Made by a program: the position numbers and the translations under genes. This document shows, piece by piece, positions 30,969 to 41,369 of a DNA stretch of 64,000 bases (position 1 is the stretch's first letter; each line of letters begins with the position of its first letter). The notes under the pieces are model-generated. The model was not told where the DNA came from. It was given only the letters and a program-made list of their open reading frames with translations, and ran no database searches. Source of the stretch: an uncultured virus (IMG/VR IMGVR_UViG_3300025150_000005) (taxonomy: Duplodnaviria > Heunggongvirae > Uroviricota > Caudoviricetes); IMG/VR virus record IMGVR_UViG_3300025150_000005; one strand, written 5' to 3'.

Positions 30969-33611
30969 TCAGGCGAGGAAACTGTAGAGGTCTCGGAGGA
31001 AGGTCTCGGAGCCGGGCGTGGTAAGATCAGACAGGCCATAGACCGTTGCTGCGCCCATGTACCCGTCCACGACCTCGTCGACTGGCGTCCGCCGGATCTC
31101 GTCGAGCATCGCCTGCGGCACCTGACCGACCGAGACGCCCATCCGCAGCTCGGCTGCGACGTCCTGCGCCGACCGGCCATTGTTGATGGCCGCCTGGAGA
31201 TAGGTGAGGATCTCTGGGATCCCCTCGGCGCCAGTCGGAGCCTGTGCTGCACTCGCGTCCGGCGCAGCCGGCGCGGGCGCCTGCACAGTGACCACCGGCT
31301 CGTCCATGCCTGGCCCCGAAGCCACGGGCCGCGTGGGGATCGGCCCGCGTGTCGGCTGCGGCACGATCTGGGGCTCGCCCATATCCACGTAGGCGTGGGT
31401 CTCACTGCGCGTGGTGATCGGCGCCTGCGGTCGTGTCGTCCCGATGATCGGTGCGGGGACCGTCGCGATCGGCGGCGCTGCAACGGGACGCACCTGGGCA
31501 GGCCGTCGTGCGGTCTGTGCGCGATGCTGCGCGAGCTGCGCTTGGATCTGCGCCCGGCGTGCCGACTCCTGTCGCGCGACGTCCGTCACGTCCGCGACCG
31601 TCCCGAGCACGGGCTTCAGGATGCTGTCGGCGATGGTCGGCCCGTAGTGCGCGAGCTTGCCCCAGAAGCTGTCATCCGCAGGCCCGGCTGGCGCAGCCGC
31701 AGCGCCGCCACCGAACAGGTCGCGGATCTGCGCCATGTTCTTCGCCTGCTCCTGGAGCTGCACCATCGGGTTGCGGCGATCGATCCCGTCCTCGCGCAGC
31801 GCCAGTGCCTCCGTCCGCGCGCTCTGCGCCTCAGACTTCGCAGCCATCAACTCCGACGTCAGACGCTGGACCTCAGTGCGCAGCTGCTCGACGACCGGCT
31901 CGTAGCGCGCCGTGAGCGTCTCCTTGGTGGAGTCGAGCCGCGCACCTGCGTTCTCACCCACTTCGCGCCGCGCCTTCTCCTCACGTCGATCAGCGTCTGC
32001 GCGCAGCTCGGCGATGTCGGCCTTGTGCGCGGCGACCAGCTTCTCGATCTGCGACTTGTAGTCGGACTCGATCCGCGTGAGCTTGGCCTCGGCCTCGGCA
32101 CGGGCGTCGCGGACCTCGGATCGCAGCTCCTGCTCGCGCGCCGTCGCCTGCTGCCGCACGTCGGCCAGTGCACGCTCGGCGCCTTCGGCCCGAGACACGA
32201 TCTGCGTCTGCGCCACGCTGTGAATGGTCGTCAGATCACCCCGGACGCGCTCGACGTTGCGATCCGCCTCGGCGCGGATCGCTTCGATCTTCTCCACGCC
32301 CTCGCGCCGCGTGCGCTCGACCTCGTCACGGAGCCGTTGGCTCTCCAGGAGGGCCGCGTCCTTGGTCGCCCGCTCCGTGCGATCCCGATCACTGTGCACG
32401 GACTCCATCTGCTGCGCGTGCATGGCCTGCAGCTCACGGATCCGCACTTCCTGCTCGGCACGGATCTGCACGATGCGATCCAAGTTGTCGGCGCGGAGAC
32501 GATCCATTTCTTTGGAGTGCGCAGCGCGCTCGTCCTCCAGCTGCCGCGCACGCGACTCGGAGGCGGCTCGCAGCGGAGCCAGTGCCTGCTCAACCGCGCC
32601 CGCCTGCATCGCCTGCAGCTGATCGACTGCACGCTGGCGGTCTGCGCTCGCCTGCGCAGCCTGCTGCTGCATGAACTCGGTTGCCTTCTGCGCAGTCGGC
32701 TCGGCCTTGAGCTTCTCGGCGAGGGCGATCACGTCGCCCATGCTCCCCGCGCCACCCATGCCTGCCAGACCCCCGTAGGGCTGAGGTCCGAAGCCGTCGA
32801 ACATTCCCCCGGACATCTGTCCCCCATTCGGGTCGCGACCGCCTCGCAGCCGCGCTGCGAGAGAGCTATCCATGTCGAAGTTGTCGTAGAGATCCTGTCG
32901 GCGCGATCGGGCTCTGCGTCCCACGGGACGTCGGGCCTCCAACTCGTCTTCCGTAGGTGAGGGGAACAGCGTCAGCTCACCATGCCCGTCGAGGTAGGCG
33001 TGCGGCTCGCCCGGAATGGAGAACACCCCAAACTCCGACCGCTTGGGGTCGCCGTCGCCCTTCGCCACCATATACGAGATCTGGTAGTCGCCCCCGCCCC
33101 AGGTCTCGCGCACGTAGGTCTGATCGATGGGCTCGCAAACCGTCTCCAGCAGGCCAGCCGCCTTGATCCCACCGAAGTGCTTGGGCGCGAGTCGTGTCAG
33201 CACGAGGTAGCGCCGATCCGGGATCATCTCCCGCGACCCTGTCCAGGCGCCGAGATCCTCGATCGTGGCCGGATCGTCTTCGGTGAGTGGAGTGTCGGCT
33301 GCGGCAGGCGCTCGTGACACCTTGGGGCTCCTGGGCTTTGACTGCTGTTTTGCGGGGACGGGATCAACTGTCGGGGTCGCGATCGGTTCGGGTTCGGGTT
33401 CGGGCAGGGTCGCACGGTATAGCGCCGACAAGCTGCCGTCGTCGTCCGGCGCACCACGCACAGGCGCGGACAGCGCGATCGAAACCCGTGGGGCCGGCGC
33501 CAGTAGCTCGGGATCGCGGTCTCCGGCGTACCGCCCATCAGATCCGACCACGATGATCTCGGTGATCGGTTCGACAGGGGGAGCTGGGCGACGCGCAGCG
33601 TTCGGGTTCAA
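30969..33611 (-). CDS. 880-aa coiled-coil protein
   Basis: Long Glu/Arg/Ala heptad region flanked by Pro-rich segments. Confidence 0.7.
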   Translation of the reverse strand: MNPNAARRPAPPVEPITEIIVVGSDGRYAGDRDPELLAPAPRVSIALSAPVRGAPDDDGSLSALYRATLPEPEPEPIATPTVDPVPAKQQSKPRSPKVSRAPAAADTPLTEDDPATIEDLGAWTGSREMIPDRRYLVLTRLAPKHFGGIKAAGLLETVCEPIDQTYVRETWGGGDYQISYMVAKGDGDPKRSEFGVFSIPGEPHAYLDGHGELTLFPSPTEDELEARRPVGRRARSRRQDLYDNFDMDSSLAARLRGGRDPNGGQMSGGMFDGFGPQPYGGLAGMGGAGSMGDVIALAEKLKAEPTAQKATEFMQQQAAQASADRQRAVDQLQAMQAGAVEQALAPLRAASESRARQLEDERAAHSKEMDRLRADNLDRIVQIRAEQEVRIRELQAMHAQQMESVHSDRDRTERATKDAALLESQRLRDEVERTRREGVEKIEAIRAEADRNVERVRGDLTTIHSVAQTQIVSRAEGAERALADVRQQATAREQELRSEVRDARAEAEAKLTRIESDYKSQIEKLVAAHKADIAELRADADRREEKARREVGENAGARLDSTKETLTARYEPVVEQLRTEVQRLTSELMAAKSEAQSARTEALALREDGIDRRNPMVQLQEQAKNMAQIRDLFGGGAAAAPAGPADDSFWGKLAHYGPTIADSILKPVLGTVADVTDVARQESARRAQIQAQLAQHRAQTARRPAQVRPVAAPPIATVPAPIIGTTRPQAPITTRSETHAYVDMGEPQIVPQPTRGPIPTRPVASGPGMDEPVVTVQAPAPAAPDASAAQAPTGAEGIPEILTYLQAAINNGRSAQDVAAELRMGVSVGQVPQAMLDEIRRTPVDEVVDGYMGAATVYGLSDLTTPGSETFLRDLYSFLA

Positions 33612-33746
33612 CCTACGTTTGTCCTTGCGTTTCGATCTGCGTTGAGAGATAGTCCCGCTTGCTCACGCAGTCAAGTCCCCAAAATTCGGGCGGCGGGCTG
33701 CAACCGCCTATAGAATAAGCTCGACATAATCCGCGGAGAAACGGTC

Positions 33747-34139
33747 GTGGCGACCACCCGTGCTCGGAAAACCAAGAGCCCGACCACTACACCCAAGTTT
33801 AGTCTAATCGAGGGTCCCGACGGGATCCCGTCGGTCGAGCGCACGCCCGGGGCCAACGACGCCGTGACGGGCAACCAAGGGCACATTGCATGCCCGCTCT
33901 GCCACGCGTCCAGCGCCTCGCTAGGTGTTGACATCCGCGGCCGATACTGGATCTACTGTGGGCAGTGCGGTATCCGGATCTTCTCGTACTCGGCTGTGAG
34001 CGCCGACCTGATCCGTGCCTGGGCGCGGGTTACACGCCGCGTCCCTGAAGCCCTTCATCCTGTGACGGCCGCCATGGCGATCGCGCGCACACAGATCCAG
34101 GAAGAAGACGCTGAGAGGGCAAAGAAGACGAGGACTTAG
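33747..34139 (+). CDS. Zn-finger protein
   Basis: CPLC...CGQC; GGAG SD. Confidence 0.6.
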   Translation: MATTRARKTKSPTTTPKFSLIEGPDGIPSVERTPGANDAVTGNQGHIACPLCHASSASLGVDIRGRYWIYCGQCGIRIFSYSAVSADLIRAWARVTRRVPEALHPVTAAMAIARTQIQEEDAERAKKTRT

Positions 34140-34226
34140 CTAGAGTCGGTTGGCGCATGTCCGAATATACTTGCGACGACTGATCTGTTAAGCTAAAAGT
34201 ACCTCGAAACGGAGATCGAAACGCAC

Positions 34227-34541
34227 ATGCCGGAGCAGCGCGACCTCAAGGGGCTGGGCCACAACCAGCGCACGATCGCCCAGGCGGACTTCTCGACGCA
34301 GCCTTGGTGGACTGCGCAGGAGATCGCGACCAAGCTGGATCTGATTGCACATCAGGTCACGATGGCGATGCGCCGTCTGGTCCGCATGGGGCTCTTCGAG
34401 CGCGAGCAAGAAGGCCCAGGGGACAAGTCCCCCTACCGCTACCGGCCCGCCGTAAGGGCATGGTCAGCGTCATCGCCTTGGGTGAGGCGACCGCAGACGC
34501 CGAGCCCCAGACAGGCCGACGTGACACCGACCGACGCGTAG
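34227..34541 (+). CDS. winged-helix DNA-binding protein
   Basis: TAQEIATKLDL...VTMAMRRLVRMGLFER...YRY. Confidence 0.65.
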   Translation: MPEQRDLKGLGHNQRTIAQADFSTQPWWTAQEIATKLDLIAHQVTMAMRRLVRMGLFEREQEGPGDKSPYRYRPAVRAWSASSPWVRRPQTPSPRQADVTPTDA

Positions 34542-34640
34542 CGCCGGTTCGATTCAACTTGCGAGCACGCGTTGGGTAGGCCAGCGCGTGAGAGAGACCA
34601 GTTGCAGGCAAGTGTGCCTGCGTTACAGGAGACGTGCACC

Positions 34641-35816
34641 ATGAGCAGCAAGACGGCCGGCGAAATCGAAGAGCCCAGTGACGAGACCGATGCGCCCGAG
34701 CCGGATACCGAGCAGGCTGGCGACGAGACCGATGCGCCCGCGGAGCGCCCCAAGCTGGTCGTGAAGGGCCTCTCGCGTCGGGATGTCTACCACGCCAACC
34801 CGCTCGACATGATCATCATCGGCCTCGACACCGACGACGGGTGGGAGCACCCACAGTACGATCCGCGCATCGAGCTGCCCATCAACGAGAAGCTGATCGC
34901 CGACATCCGCACTGAAGGTGTCCTGGTCCCGGTCATCGCGGCCCGCGACGGCGACGGGCGCTACATCGTGGTCGACGGTCGCCAGCGCATCCGTGCGGCG
35001 CGTGCACTCAACGAGCGGGACGGCCTGACCGACACCAGCGACGACTTCTGCCGCGTCCCATTCATGATCCGCGGCGGTGTCGAGAAGAACCTGCTGCGCG
35101 TGACGAACGCGACGAACGAGCTGCGCACCGGCGATGATCCCCTGACCCGCGCGAACAAGATGCAGCGCATGGTGGACTTCGGTCACCCCATGTCCGCCGT
35201 CGCCGTGACCTTCGGCTTCCGCAACCCGACCGAGGCTCAGGCCGCTTTGCGCATCCTGGATCTGGCGGCCGACGCTCAGGACGCGCTCCGCGACGGCAAG
35301 ATCAGCTTCGCGGCGTCGCTGGAGCTGGCTAAGGCCAGCCGGAAGGAACAGAAGGCCGCCCTGGCGACGCTCCTGGGCGGCGGGGTCCGCCCGACGCGGG
35401 CCCAGGTCAAGCGCACGGTGAAGAAGAAGGACGCGGGGGCCCGCGGCGTGGACCGTCGCCGGCTCGCCCGCATGATTGAGGACACGAGCTTCGCCGAGAC
35501 CATCAGCGACGACGCCCGCGCGATCCTCAGCTGGGTCACCTCGGGCGACTTCGAGCTGCTCCCCGAGACCATCCGCGGTGCGGTGCAGTCGAGCTTCGAC
35601 CGCGCGGGCGAGATCCGGAAGCCCGGGAAGCCCGCGAAGGCCAAGGCGGAGAAGACCAAGGCGGAGAAGTCGAAGAAGGGCGGGCGGCAGAAGCCCACCG
35701 ACGCAAACCGGGCGGTCGCCAAAGCCGCCCTCGAAGCCTTCAACCGCGGCGAGCGTGTCGAGCCTGCCATCGAGGGCGCCCTCGACGCGGCGAGCGAGGC
35801 CGCCCCTGCGACCTGA
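34641..35816 (+). CDS. ParB/Srx N-terminal domain protein with HTH
   Basis: GVLVPVI...YIVVDGRQRIRAA; NELR; LRDGKISF. Start ATG 34641 with AGGAG SD. Confidence 0.8.
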   Translation: MSSKTAGEIEEPSDETDAPEPDTEQAGDETDAPAERPKLVVKGLSRRDVYHANPLDMIIIGLDTDDGWEHPQYDPRIELPINEKLIADIRTEGVLVPVIAARDGDGRYIVVDGRQRIRAARALNERDGLTDTSDDFCRVPFMIRGGVEKNLLRVTNATNELRTGDDPLTRANKMQRMVDFGHPMSAVAVTFGFRNPTEAQAALRILDLAADAQDALRDGKISFAASLELAKASRKEQKAALATLLGGGVRPTRAQVKRTVKKKDAGARGVDRRRLARMIEDTSFAETISDDARAILSWVTSGDFELLPETIRGAVQSSFDRAGEIRKPGKPAKAKAEKTKAEKSKKGGRQKPTDANRAVAKAALEAFNRGERVEPAIEGALDAASEAAPAT

Positions 35817-35821
35817 CGGTT

Positions 35822-35858
35822 GAGTCACCCCCTGCGCTACGCGCGAGGGGGCTGACTC
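35822..35858 (+). terminator. hairpin after the ParB-like gene
   Basis: GAGTCACCCCCT...AGGGGGCTGACTC imperfect inverted repeat. Confidence 0.5.
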
Positions 35859-36219
35859 CTGTTCGAGGCTCGCGCTGATCCAGACCGCTACCCACCATCG
35901 AAGTGCTCGCCGACTACAGGCGACGCCGTCGACCTACGTCGACAGTCGAGTACAAACGTAGAAGCAACGGGCCGTCAGGTACTTGCAGATCGGGGCTGTC
36001 AAACCCACGTCGTACCGTGTAGTCGAAATTATTAGTGGACGATCAGGGCGCCCCCGAGTAAATCCTTGGGGTCTGCCCCCGCAATTCGGCGGGGCACACG
36101 CGACGGGCTCGACGAGGAGCAAGCCAGATGACGTCGTCCTCAGTGACGAGCCGCGCGTGCAATCAGCTAGGCCAGCAGCCCGTGATCGGGCCGCAGCCAA
36201 TCTCCGAGTCCAGAAAGAC

Positions 36220-36251
36220 GAAAGCCCCCAGCTGGTCGGCTGGGGGCTTTC
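36220..36251. terminator. bidirectional terminator-like hairpin
   Basis: GAAAGCCCCCAGC-tggtcg-GCTGGGGGCTTTC, perfect 13-bp stem. Confidence 0.65.
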
Positions 36252-36348
36252 TGGACCTCGTGGAGAGGCAAGGGAACTAGCACTGGCGATGTTCGGGAAA
36301 CAGGGTCGCCACCCACCCGAAGCACCTTAGCACCTACGAGATGCACCT

Positions 36349-39036
36349 ATGATGATAGATGCCCGCCATACGGCAATCAAGTCTTTTTTCCGGGCCGAGC
36401 ACTTTGTCGCCCCCAACAGCGCAGCCCTCCTCAACGCGGCTGCAACCACGGCGCTCGCAGGCGCTGGACCAAGCAACGCAGCGTCGGTCGCTCAGTCCCT
36501 GTACCGCACGGGTGCCGTGGGTTCACTGGGTGAAGCGTGGCGCGTCGTAAAGGACGCGCTCCTCCTCGACCCGACGGCCAAACTTGCTCAGACCCAGACT
36601 GATCCCGAAGCGGAAACCAAGGCACCCCCACGCGTCGCCATCGTCGCCCCAGGCCCGCCAGGGATCGGCAAGAGCCGCGCGGCCCTTCAGTTCATCGCGC
36701 GCCAACCTGCTCGACTCCTTGAACCGTCACACGATCAAGCTGCCGAGCGCTTGCGCGAGGGCGCGAAGATCCAGCAGCTACGTCACCAGCACCTCATCTC
36801 GGCGGGCCCCCACTTCCCCCTCCACATGCTCCAGGGCCTCGGCCCATCGACCCAGCACATCCAGGGCCTCGGTCGTCAGTGCCTGTACCTCCCGCAAGGC
36901 GACACCTGGGCCAGTCGCGGGTGGAGCTTCGGGGACGTGGCCTGCGACGAGTGTCCAAAGAAGAAGGAATGCCCGAGCTACCAGCAGTTCTGGGACGAAG
37001 CGGACGCGACCTTCTCGGTTCACGCCATCCAGAATTGGCGTCGGCCAGGTGTCCTGATCCTCGACGAGCTGCCCTACCCGGTCACGACCTCGGAGTACGA
37101 TCTTGACTGCCTCGCCCGGACCATCTTCGGGCCGATGCACAAACTGATCGTGGACTGGCGGACACCCATCTACGACCAGCTCCGCCGCGTGTACGACACC
37201 ATCGTCAACCAGATCTACGACAACGACGCGTTTTGGCCGGAGTTCGGTGAGACGCTCGACTTGGCTCGGATCTTCGACCTGAGTACGGAGTCACGACAGG
37301 CCCTCGACTACGTCGCCAACTACCTGGAGGTCACGCCAATCCCGAAGGCGCCACCACCAGACGTACGCGCGGGGCGGATCACGAGCGGCAACTGGCCCGC
37401 CAACTACGTCGGCGCGATCCTCGACGGGCTCGTGCGGGAGTCACAGCAGACGCCCATGACCGAGCGGCGGACTGCGGGGAGCCCGCGGCTCGCGATCCGC
37501 GTCTACGGCGACAAGCAGGGGCGCTACTGGAAGGCTGAGTACGAGCTGCGCCGCATCTGGCACCCGCCTGCCGAGCCCCACATCATCCTCGACTCGACCG
37601 CGGGCACTCGGGCCAAGCTCTACGAAGCGCTCTATCCCAATGCAGACGTCAAGAAGTTCATCCACGACGTCGCGGTCCCAGGCGAGCACATCCAGGCGCT
37701 GCACTACGACACGCTGGGCTTCGCGAAGCGGCGCTGCCTGGACGGCAACGCACTGACCGACGCAGGCGTGAACACGGTCGTCCGTGCACTCCGCGAGCTG
37801 ACCTACCACGCGCGCTTGATTGGCCCCCCACCGACCGCGACGAAGCCTCGCGTAGGCGTGATCGGACACCGGACGATCCTCCTCGCCATGGGCTTCGACT
37901 TCCGCAAGGGCAACCGCGTACTCCGCGATGGGAAGGCAGCCCGGATTCACAGCGCGATGCAGCCCATGATCGAGACGGCGCTGCGCGATCTCGAAGCCGT
38001 CGCTGATCTCGTCGTGGGCTACCACGGCGGCGTGATCGGCTCGAACCTCTTCGAGGACGTCCGCGTTCTGGCTGTGCTCGGGGACCCGACAGCGCACATC
38101 GGGAAGCTGACCGAGGAAGCCAGGGTCATTGGCCTCGACCCGCAGGGCTACATCGACAGCACGCGCGAAGCGGCTGCGATCCAGGAGGTGTTCCGCGCGC
38201 GGCTCCTCGATGCAGGCCCTAACCAGCTGAAGACGGTGCTCTTCTTCGGCGGCCACCCCCCAGTGGTGACCGGCATGGGCTGGGTCAAAGCGCCATGGGC
38301 CCAGGGAGGCCGACTCCCTGCTCTGGCGCAGACGCGGCTGGAGGCAGCACTCGCGGCTGCGACCGGACTCGGGGGGGCCCCCTTCTACGGAACCTACTCC
38401 ACCCAGCTTCTTTGCCGGTTGCACGCTACGCCTAACAGGAGCCCCTTATTGGCGTTGCGTGCAGCCGGCATAGACACTGAAGCCCCCACCCGAGCGGAGT
38501 GGGAGATGTACCGGAGGGCCGCCACAACGGTCGCCCGACGCGAGGGCCTATCCCCTCACGAGATGTCCAACCCGCTGGGCGACAGGCGCGCAATCGTGGT
38601 CTGGGCAAAGACCCGCAACGAGGCGGACGTCTACTTGGCCGAGGCTGAGTCGATGATGCGGCTGATCCCGGAGGATCGACTAGGGGCGATCGTAGCGGGC
38701 GCAGCAGAGCGCGATGAGGAACGCGAGATTCAGGAAGCCCTGGCGGGCGAGATCGAGGAAGTCCGCGTTGAGGTCAGCCAGCTCACGCTGGAGATGAACG
38801 CGGCGCTCTCGACGATGAAGCCAGAGGTACAGGCGCCTGTCAAGGCCAAGTACCGCGCTCGCATCCGCGAGGCGCTCGTGCGGTGGCGTGAGCTTCGGGC
38901 AAGCTGGAAGGGCGCTCCACGCAGAGCGATCGACGTCGAGATGGAGTACCGCGGGCTCCTGCCGTCGGATCAGACCGTCAGGCCCAGTGCACCGAGACCG
39001 CCTCTGCGATCAGGACCGTGGTCTGGGCAAGCGTAG
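36349..39036 (+). CDS. helicase-like P-loop protein, candidate replication protein
   Basis: Walker A GPPGIGKS, EPSH, Cys cluster (C..CDEC....CP..Y), Walker B LILDE, ILDSTA, G.NLF, Q...RAR: an SF2-like motif order. Confidence 0.6.
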   Translation: MMIDARHTAIKSFFRAEHFVAPNSAALLNAAATTALAGAGPSNAASVAQSLYRTGAVGSLGEAWRVVKDALLLDPTAKLAQTQTDPEAETKAPPRVAIVAPGPPGIGKSRAALQFIARQPARLLEPSHDQAAERLREGAKIQQLRHQHLISAGPHFPLHMLQGLGPSTQHIQGLGRQCLYLPQGDTWASRGWSFGDVACDECPKKKECPSYQQFWDEADATFSVHAIQNWRRPGVLILDELPYPVTTSEYDLDCLARTIFGPMHKLIVDWRTPIYDQLRRVYDTIVNQIYDNDAFWPEFGETLDLARIFDLSTESRQALDYVANYLEVTPIPKAPPPDVRAGRITSGNWPANYVGAILDGLVRESQQTPMTERRTAGSPRLAIRVYGDKQGRYWKAEYELRRIWHPPAEPHIILDSTAGTRAKLYEALYPNADVKKFIHDVAVPGEHIQALHYDTLGFAKRRCLDGNALTDAGVNTVVRALRELTYHARLIGPPPTATKPRVGVIGHRTILLAMGFDFRKGNRVLRDGKAARIHSAMQPMIETALRDLEAVADLVVGYHGGVIGSNLFEDVRVLAVLGDPTAHIGKLTEEARVIGLDPQGYIDSTREAAAIQEVFRARLLDAGPNQLKTVLFFGGHPPVVTGMGWVKAPWAQGGRLPALAQTRLEAALAAATGLGGAPFYGTYSTQLLCRLHATPNRSPLLALRAAGIDTEAPTRAEWEMYRRAATTVARREGLSPHEMSNPLGDRRAIVVWAKTRNEADVYLAEAESMMRLIPEDRLGAIVAGAAERDEEREIQEALAGEIEEVRVEVSQLTLEMNAALSTMKPEVQAPVKAKYRARIREALVRWRELRASWKGAPRRAIDVEMEYRGLLPSDQTVRPSAPRPPLRSGPWSGQA

Positions 39037-39049
39037 GAGGTTGGGCGTC

Positions 39050-39460
39050 GTGGCTGACGGAGCAGGGTTCCTGATTCATCATCAGGTCTGGGATCAGTGG
39101 TTGATCCTGAAGCGGTCACCATGGACGGGGAATCCAAAGCGATGGTCGATTCCAGGTGGCCGCGTAGATCGCGCTGACCGGGACTTGTACCATACGGCGG
39201 TGCGTGAGGCCATCGAGGAAATGGGCAGCCTGCCTGGATCCATCATGCCGATCGCCGAGGTCGAACTAGCTCGCCCACGCAGCCGAGGCCGTTACTTGGC
39301 AATCCTGATTGCGACTGCTGACTTGACTTGGACGCCCGCGCTCAACTGGGAGCACACGAAGTGGCGCTGGGCAACATTGGAGAAGATCGTACAGCTCAAG
39401 CGCACGAGTCTCCTCGACGCAGTGCTTTTGAACCTCTCGAATCGGTCTGGACAGACGTAG
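39050..39460 (+). CDS. NUDIX hydrolase
   Basis: Nudix box GG...AVREAIEEMG; LNWEH..W.W; AGGAGG SD before GTG 39050. Confidence 0.85.
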   Translation: MADGAGFLIHHQVWDQWLILKRSPWTGNPKRWSIPGGRVDRADRDLYHTAVREAIEEMGSLPGSIMPIAEVELARPRSRGRYLAILIATADLTWTPALNWEHTKWRWATLEKIVQLKRTSLLDAVLLNLSNRSGQT

Positions 39461-39495
39461 GTCTGGCGCGCTTCGCGTCGGACCTACGAATCGAC

Positions 39496-39524
39496 TTGTC
39501 CTCCTACGCTTGTAGGTGTATCAA
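39496..39524 (+). promoter_or_regulatory. sigma70-like promoter with a palindrome in the spacer
   Basis: TTGTCC-N17-TATCAA; spacer contains CCTACGCTTGTAGG. Confidence 0.4.
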
Positions 39525-39561
39525 CAAGGGCACTTCCCGCTGTCCGTTGTAAGGAGGCCTC

Positions 39562-40020
39562 GTGGCCAAGCCCACTCCACCGTCTGTGCACCCGCCAATG
39601 CCGGACTCGCATCTCCCGTCGCCGCAGGGTGGTGGGGGAGGTGCTTCAACGCCCCTACCCGATCCGCACTCGCCTGGCTTCGCGTTCCCGGCGCCGATGC
39701 CGCCTGATCCGGGGGGCTGGGGTCTGGGCGGTGACGCCCTGAATTACCCGCTTGGCGACTCGCTCACCGGCCTCGACAATCCCGAGGTGCTCTGCACGCG
39801 CTGTGTGCACGGCCACGTGATCCGAGCCCGTGCAGCGACGCAGAACCGGAGGCCCGACGGCTCACCCTTCACCGAGATGAAGGGCTGGTGCAACTTCCCG
39901 ACACCGCCCATCGATCTCGGCTACACGCTGCGCGTCACGGAGTGCAACCGCTTCGAGGACGATCCCAAGTCGCGGGCGCGCCTGAACATCATCGAGATCG
40001 AGGAGCCAGCACGTGGCTGA
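39562..40020 (+). CDS. hypothetical Pro-rich/Cys protein
   Basis: AAGGAGG SD; CTRC..C..C. Confidence 0.6.
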   Translation: MAKPTPPSVHPPMPDSHLPSPQGGGGGASTPLPDPHSPGFAFPAPMPPDPGGWGLGGDALNYPLGDSLTGLDNPEVLCTRCVHGHVIRARAATQNRRPDGSPFTEMKGWCNFPTPPIDLGYTLRVTECNRFEDDPKSRARLNIIEIEEPARG

Positions 40021-40720
40021 GCAGCGAGACCGTGATCCCGCCGATGTGCTGCGGCGCCTGTTGGCGCAGCGGGACAAGATCCCGACGACCGTGCAGGATC
40101 CGCGAACCTTCGCGCAGCAGTGGCTGCGACCTATGCTCGTCGACCTGATCTACATCGTGCACCACATCGCGCACGCGCAGGGCGCGCAGGGTGAAGTAGT
40201 CGCTCAGGCGCTGCACTTGTCGCAGCGGGCGATCATGGGGGATCTCGTGCCGGCGCTCTTCGAGCCCATCACGCGCCTCGTGGGTTCACTCGCGGCGCGG
40301 CTCGCGCCCGAGGATGAGGCCTGGGTTATCCTGTCGGAGATTGGAGGCCTGCTCACCGACGCAGGGCTCCCGTCGATCTTCGGCGAGGACGACGGTGACG
40401 AGGGTGAGGACGAGGCGCTCCCCGAGGCAGCTGCGACGCCTCCGGGAGCGCTGGTGATCACCGGCGTGGAGGGGGCGTCGCAGGTACTCGCCCCGAACGC
40501 GTTCCCCAGTTCGGGGACCCACGCTGGAGCGGGTCCAGCCCAACCGGACGCGGCAGCGCAGTCGTCGGTGATCCAACGCTACCAAGCTACGGCGACTGCG
40601 CTGCCGCAGGCAGTGCCTGCGCAGCCCCCAGCCGACATCGACGCCGAGTTCGTCGAGGAGGCGCGCGTGACCGTGCCGGTGATGCCCACCGACAGCACGT
40701 CGCCCCTCTCCGAGGGCTGA
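40013..40720 (+). CDS. hypothetical protein
   Basis: Overlaps the upstream gene; GAGGAG SD. Confidence 0.6.
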   Translation: MAEQRDRDPADVLRRLLAQRDKIPTTVQDPRTFAQQWLRPMLVDLIYIVHHIAHAQGAQGEVVAQALHLSQRAIMGDLVPALFEPITRLVGSLAARLAPEDEAWVILSEIGGLLTDAGLPSIFGEDDGDEGEDEALPEAAATPPGALVITGVEGASQVLAPNAFPSSGTHAGAGPAQPDAAAQSSVIQRYQATATALPQAVPAQPPADIDAEFVEEARVTVPVMPTDSTSPLSEG

Positions 40721-40724
40721 CCTC

Positions 40725-41306
40725 GTGGCTTCACCGATCTCGCCCTGGACCACACCACAGCTCCTCAACCTGCTCCGTCCTCGCAGGCTCCCCGATGAGG
40801 TGCGCTACGGGATGCTGGAGGGCATCGTCAAGGATCACGGGTTCACGATCGTGTCCTTCCTGGACGAGCGCGTCTACGGTGGGCAGGTCGTCCCGTGGGG
40901 CGTCGTCAAGCTGTACGAGCACCCGGCGTTGCCGCTTCGGTTCCGTACGACGCGGCTCTTGCACGAGGCTGTCCACATCCTGCGCATGACGACGCTCTAC
41001 CCGAGACTCAAGCGGCTCGGGCCTTGGTGGTGGGGGCTCTGCTACCTGCTGAATCCATGGTACCGGCGTCGTGAGGAGAAGCTGGCCGAGGCACACGAGA
41101 CGGCGCTTCGTGGGGCTCAGGCAGGCGCAAGCAACACCGCGACAGCCCTTGCGCACCACGTCTCGGCCCGCCTGGGCGGCTGGTTCCGCTCGCCCTACTT
41201 CGCAGGTGGTGACGAGAAGCAGATCCGCCAACAGATCGCGGAGATGGCGGTCCAGTTGCGGCGATGGGCCGGCGGAATCCTCTTGATGGACGACCCGGAT
41301 CAGTAG
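40725..41306 (+). CDS. HExxH protein (putative metallopeptidase)
   Basis: LLHEAVH...E..A. Confidence 0.6.
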   Translation: MASPISPWTTPQLLNLLRPRRLPDEVRYGMLEGIVKDHGFTIVSFLDERVYGGQVVPWGVVKLYEHPALPLRFRTTRLLHEAVHILRMTTLYPRLKRLGPWWWGLCYLLNPWYRRREEKLAEAHETALRGAQAGASNTATALAHHVSARLGGWFRSPYFAGGDEKQIRQQIAEMAVQLRRWAGGILLMDDPDQ

Positions 41307-41369
41307 ATCGGTTGCAGTCGGGCGCGGATCTGGTTAATTTCGGCCTCGTACTGGGGAGGCCACCCGCCT

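Noticed and set aside
22135..35828. Long antisense ORFs (22135..24279, 31395..32960, 34623..35828, also 54089..55519)
   Set aside because: Shadow frames of high-GC3 genes on the opposite strand, with no motifs.
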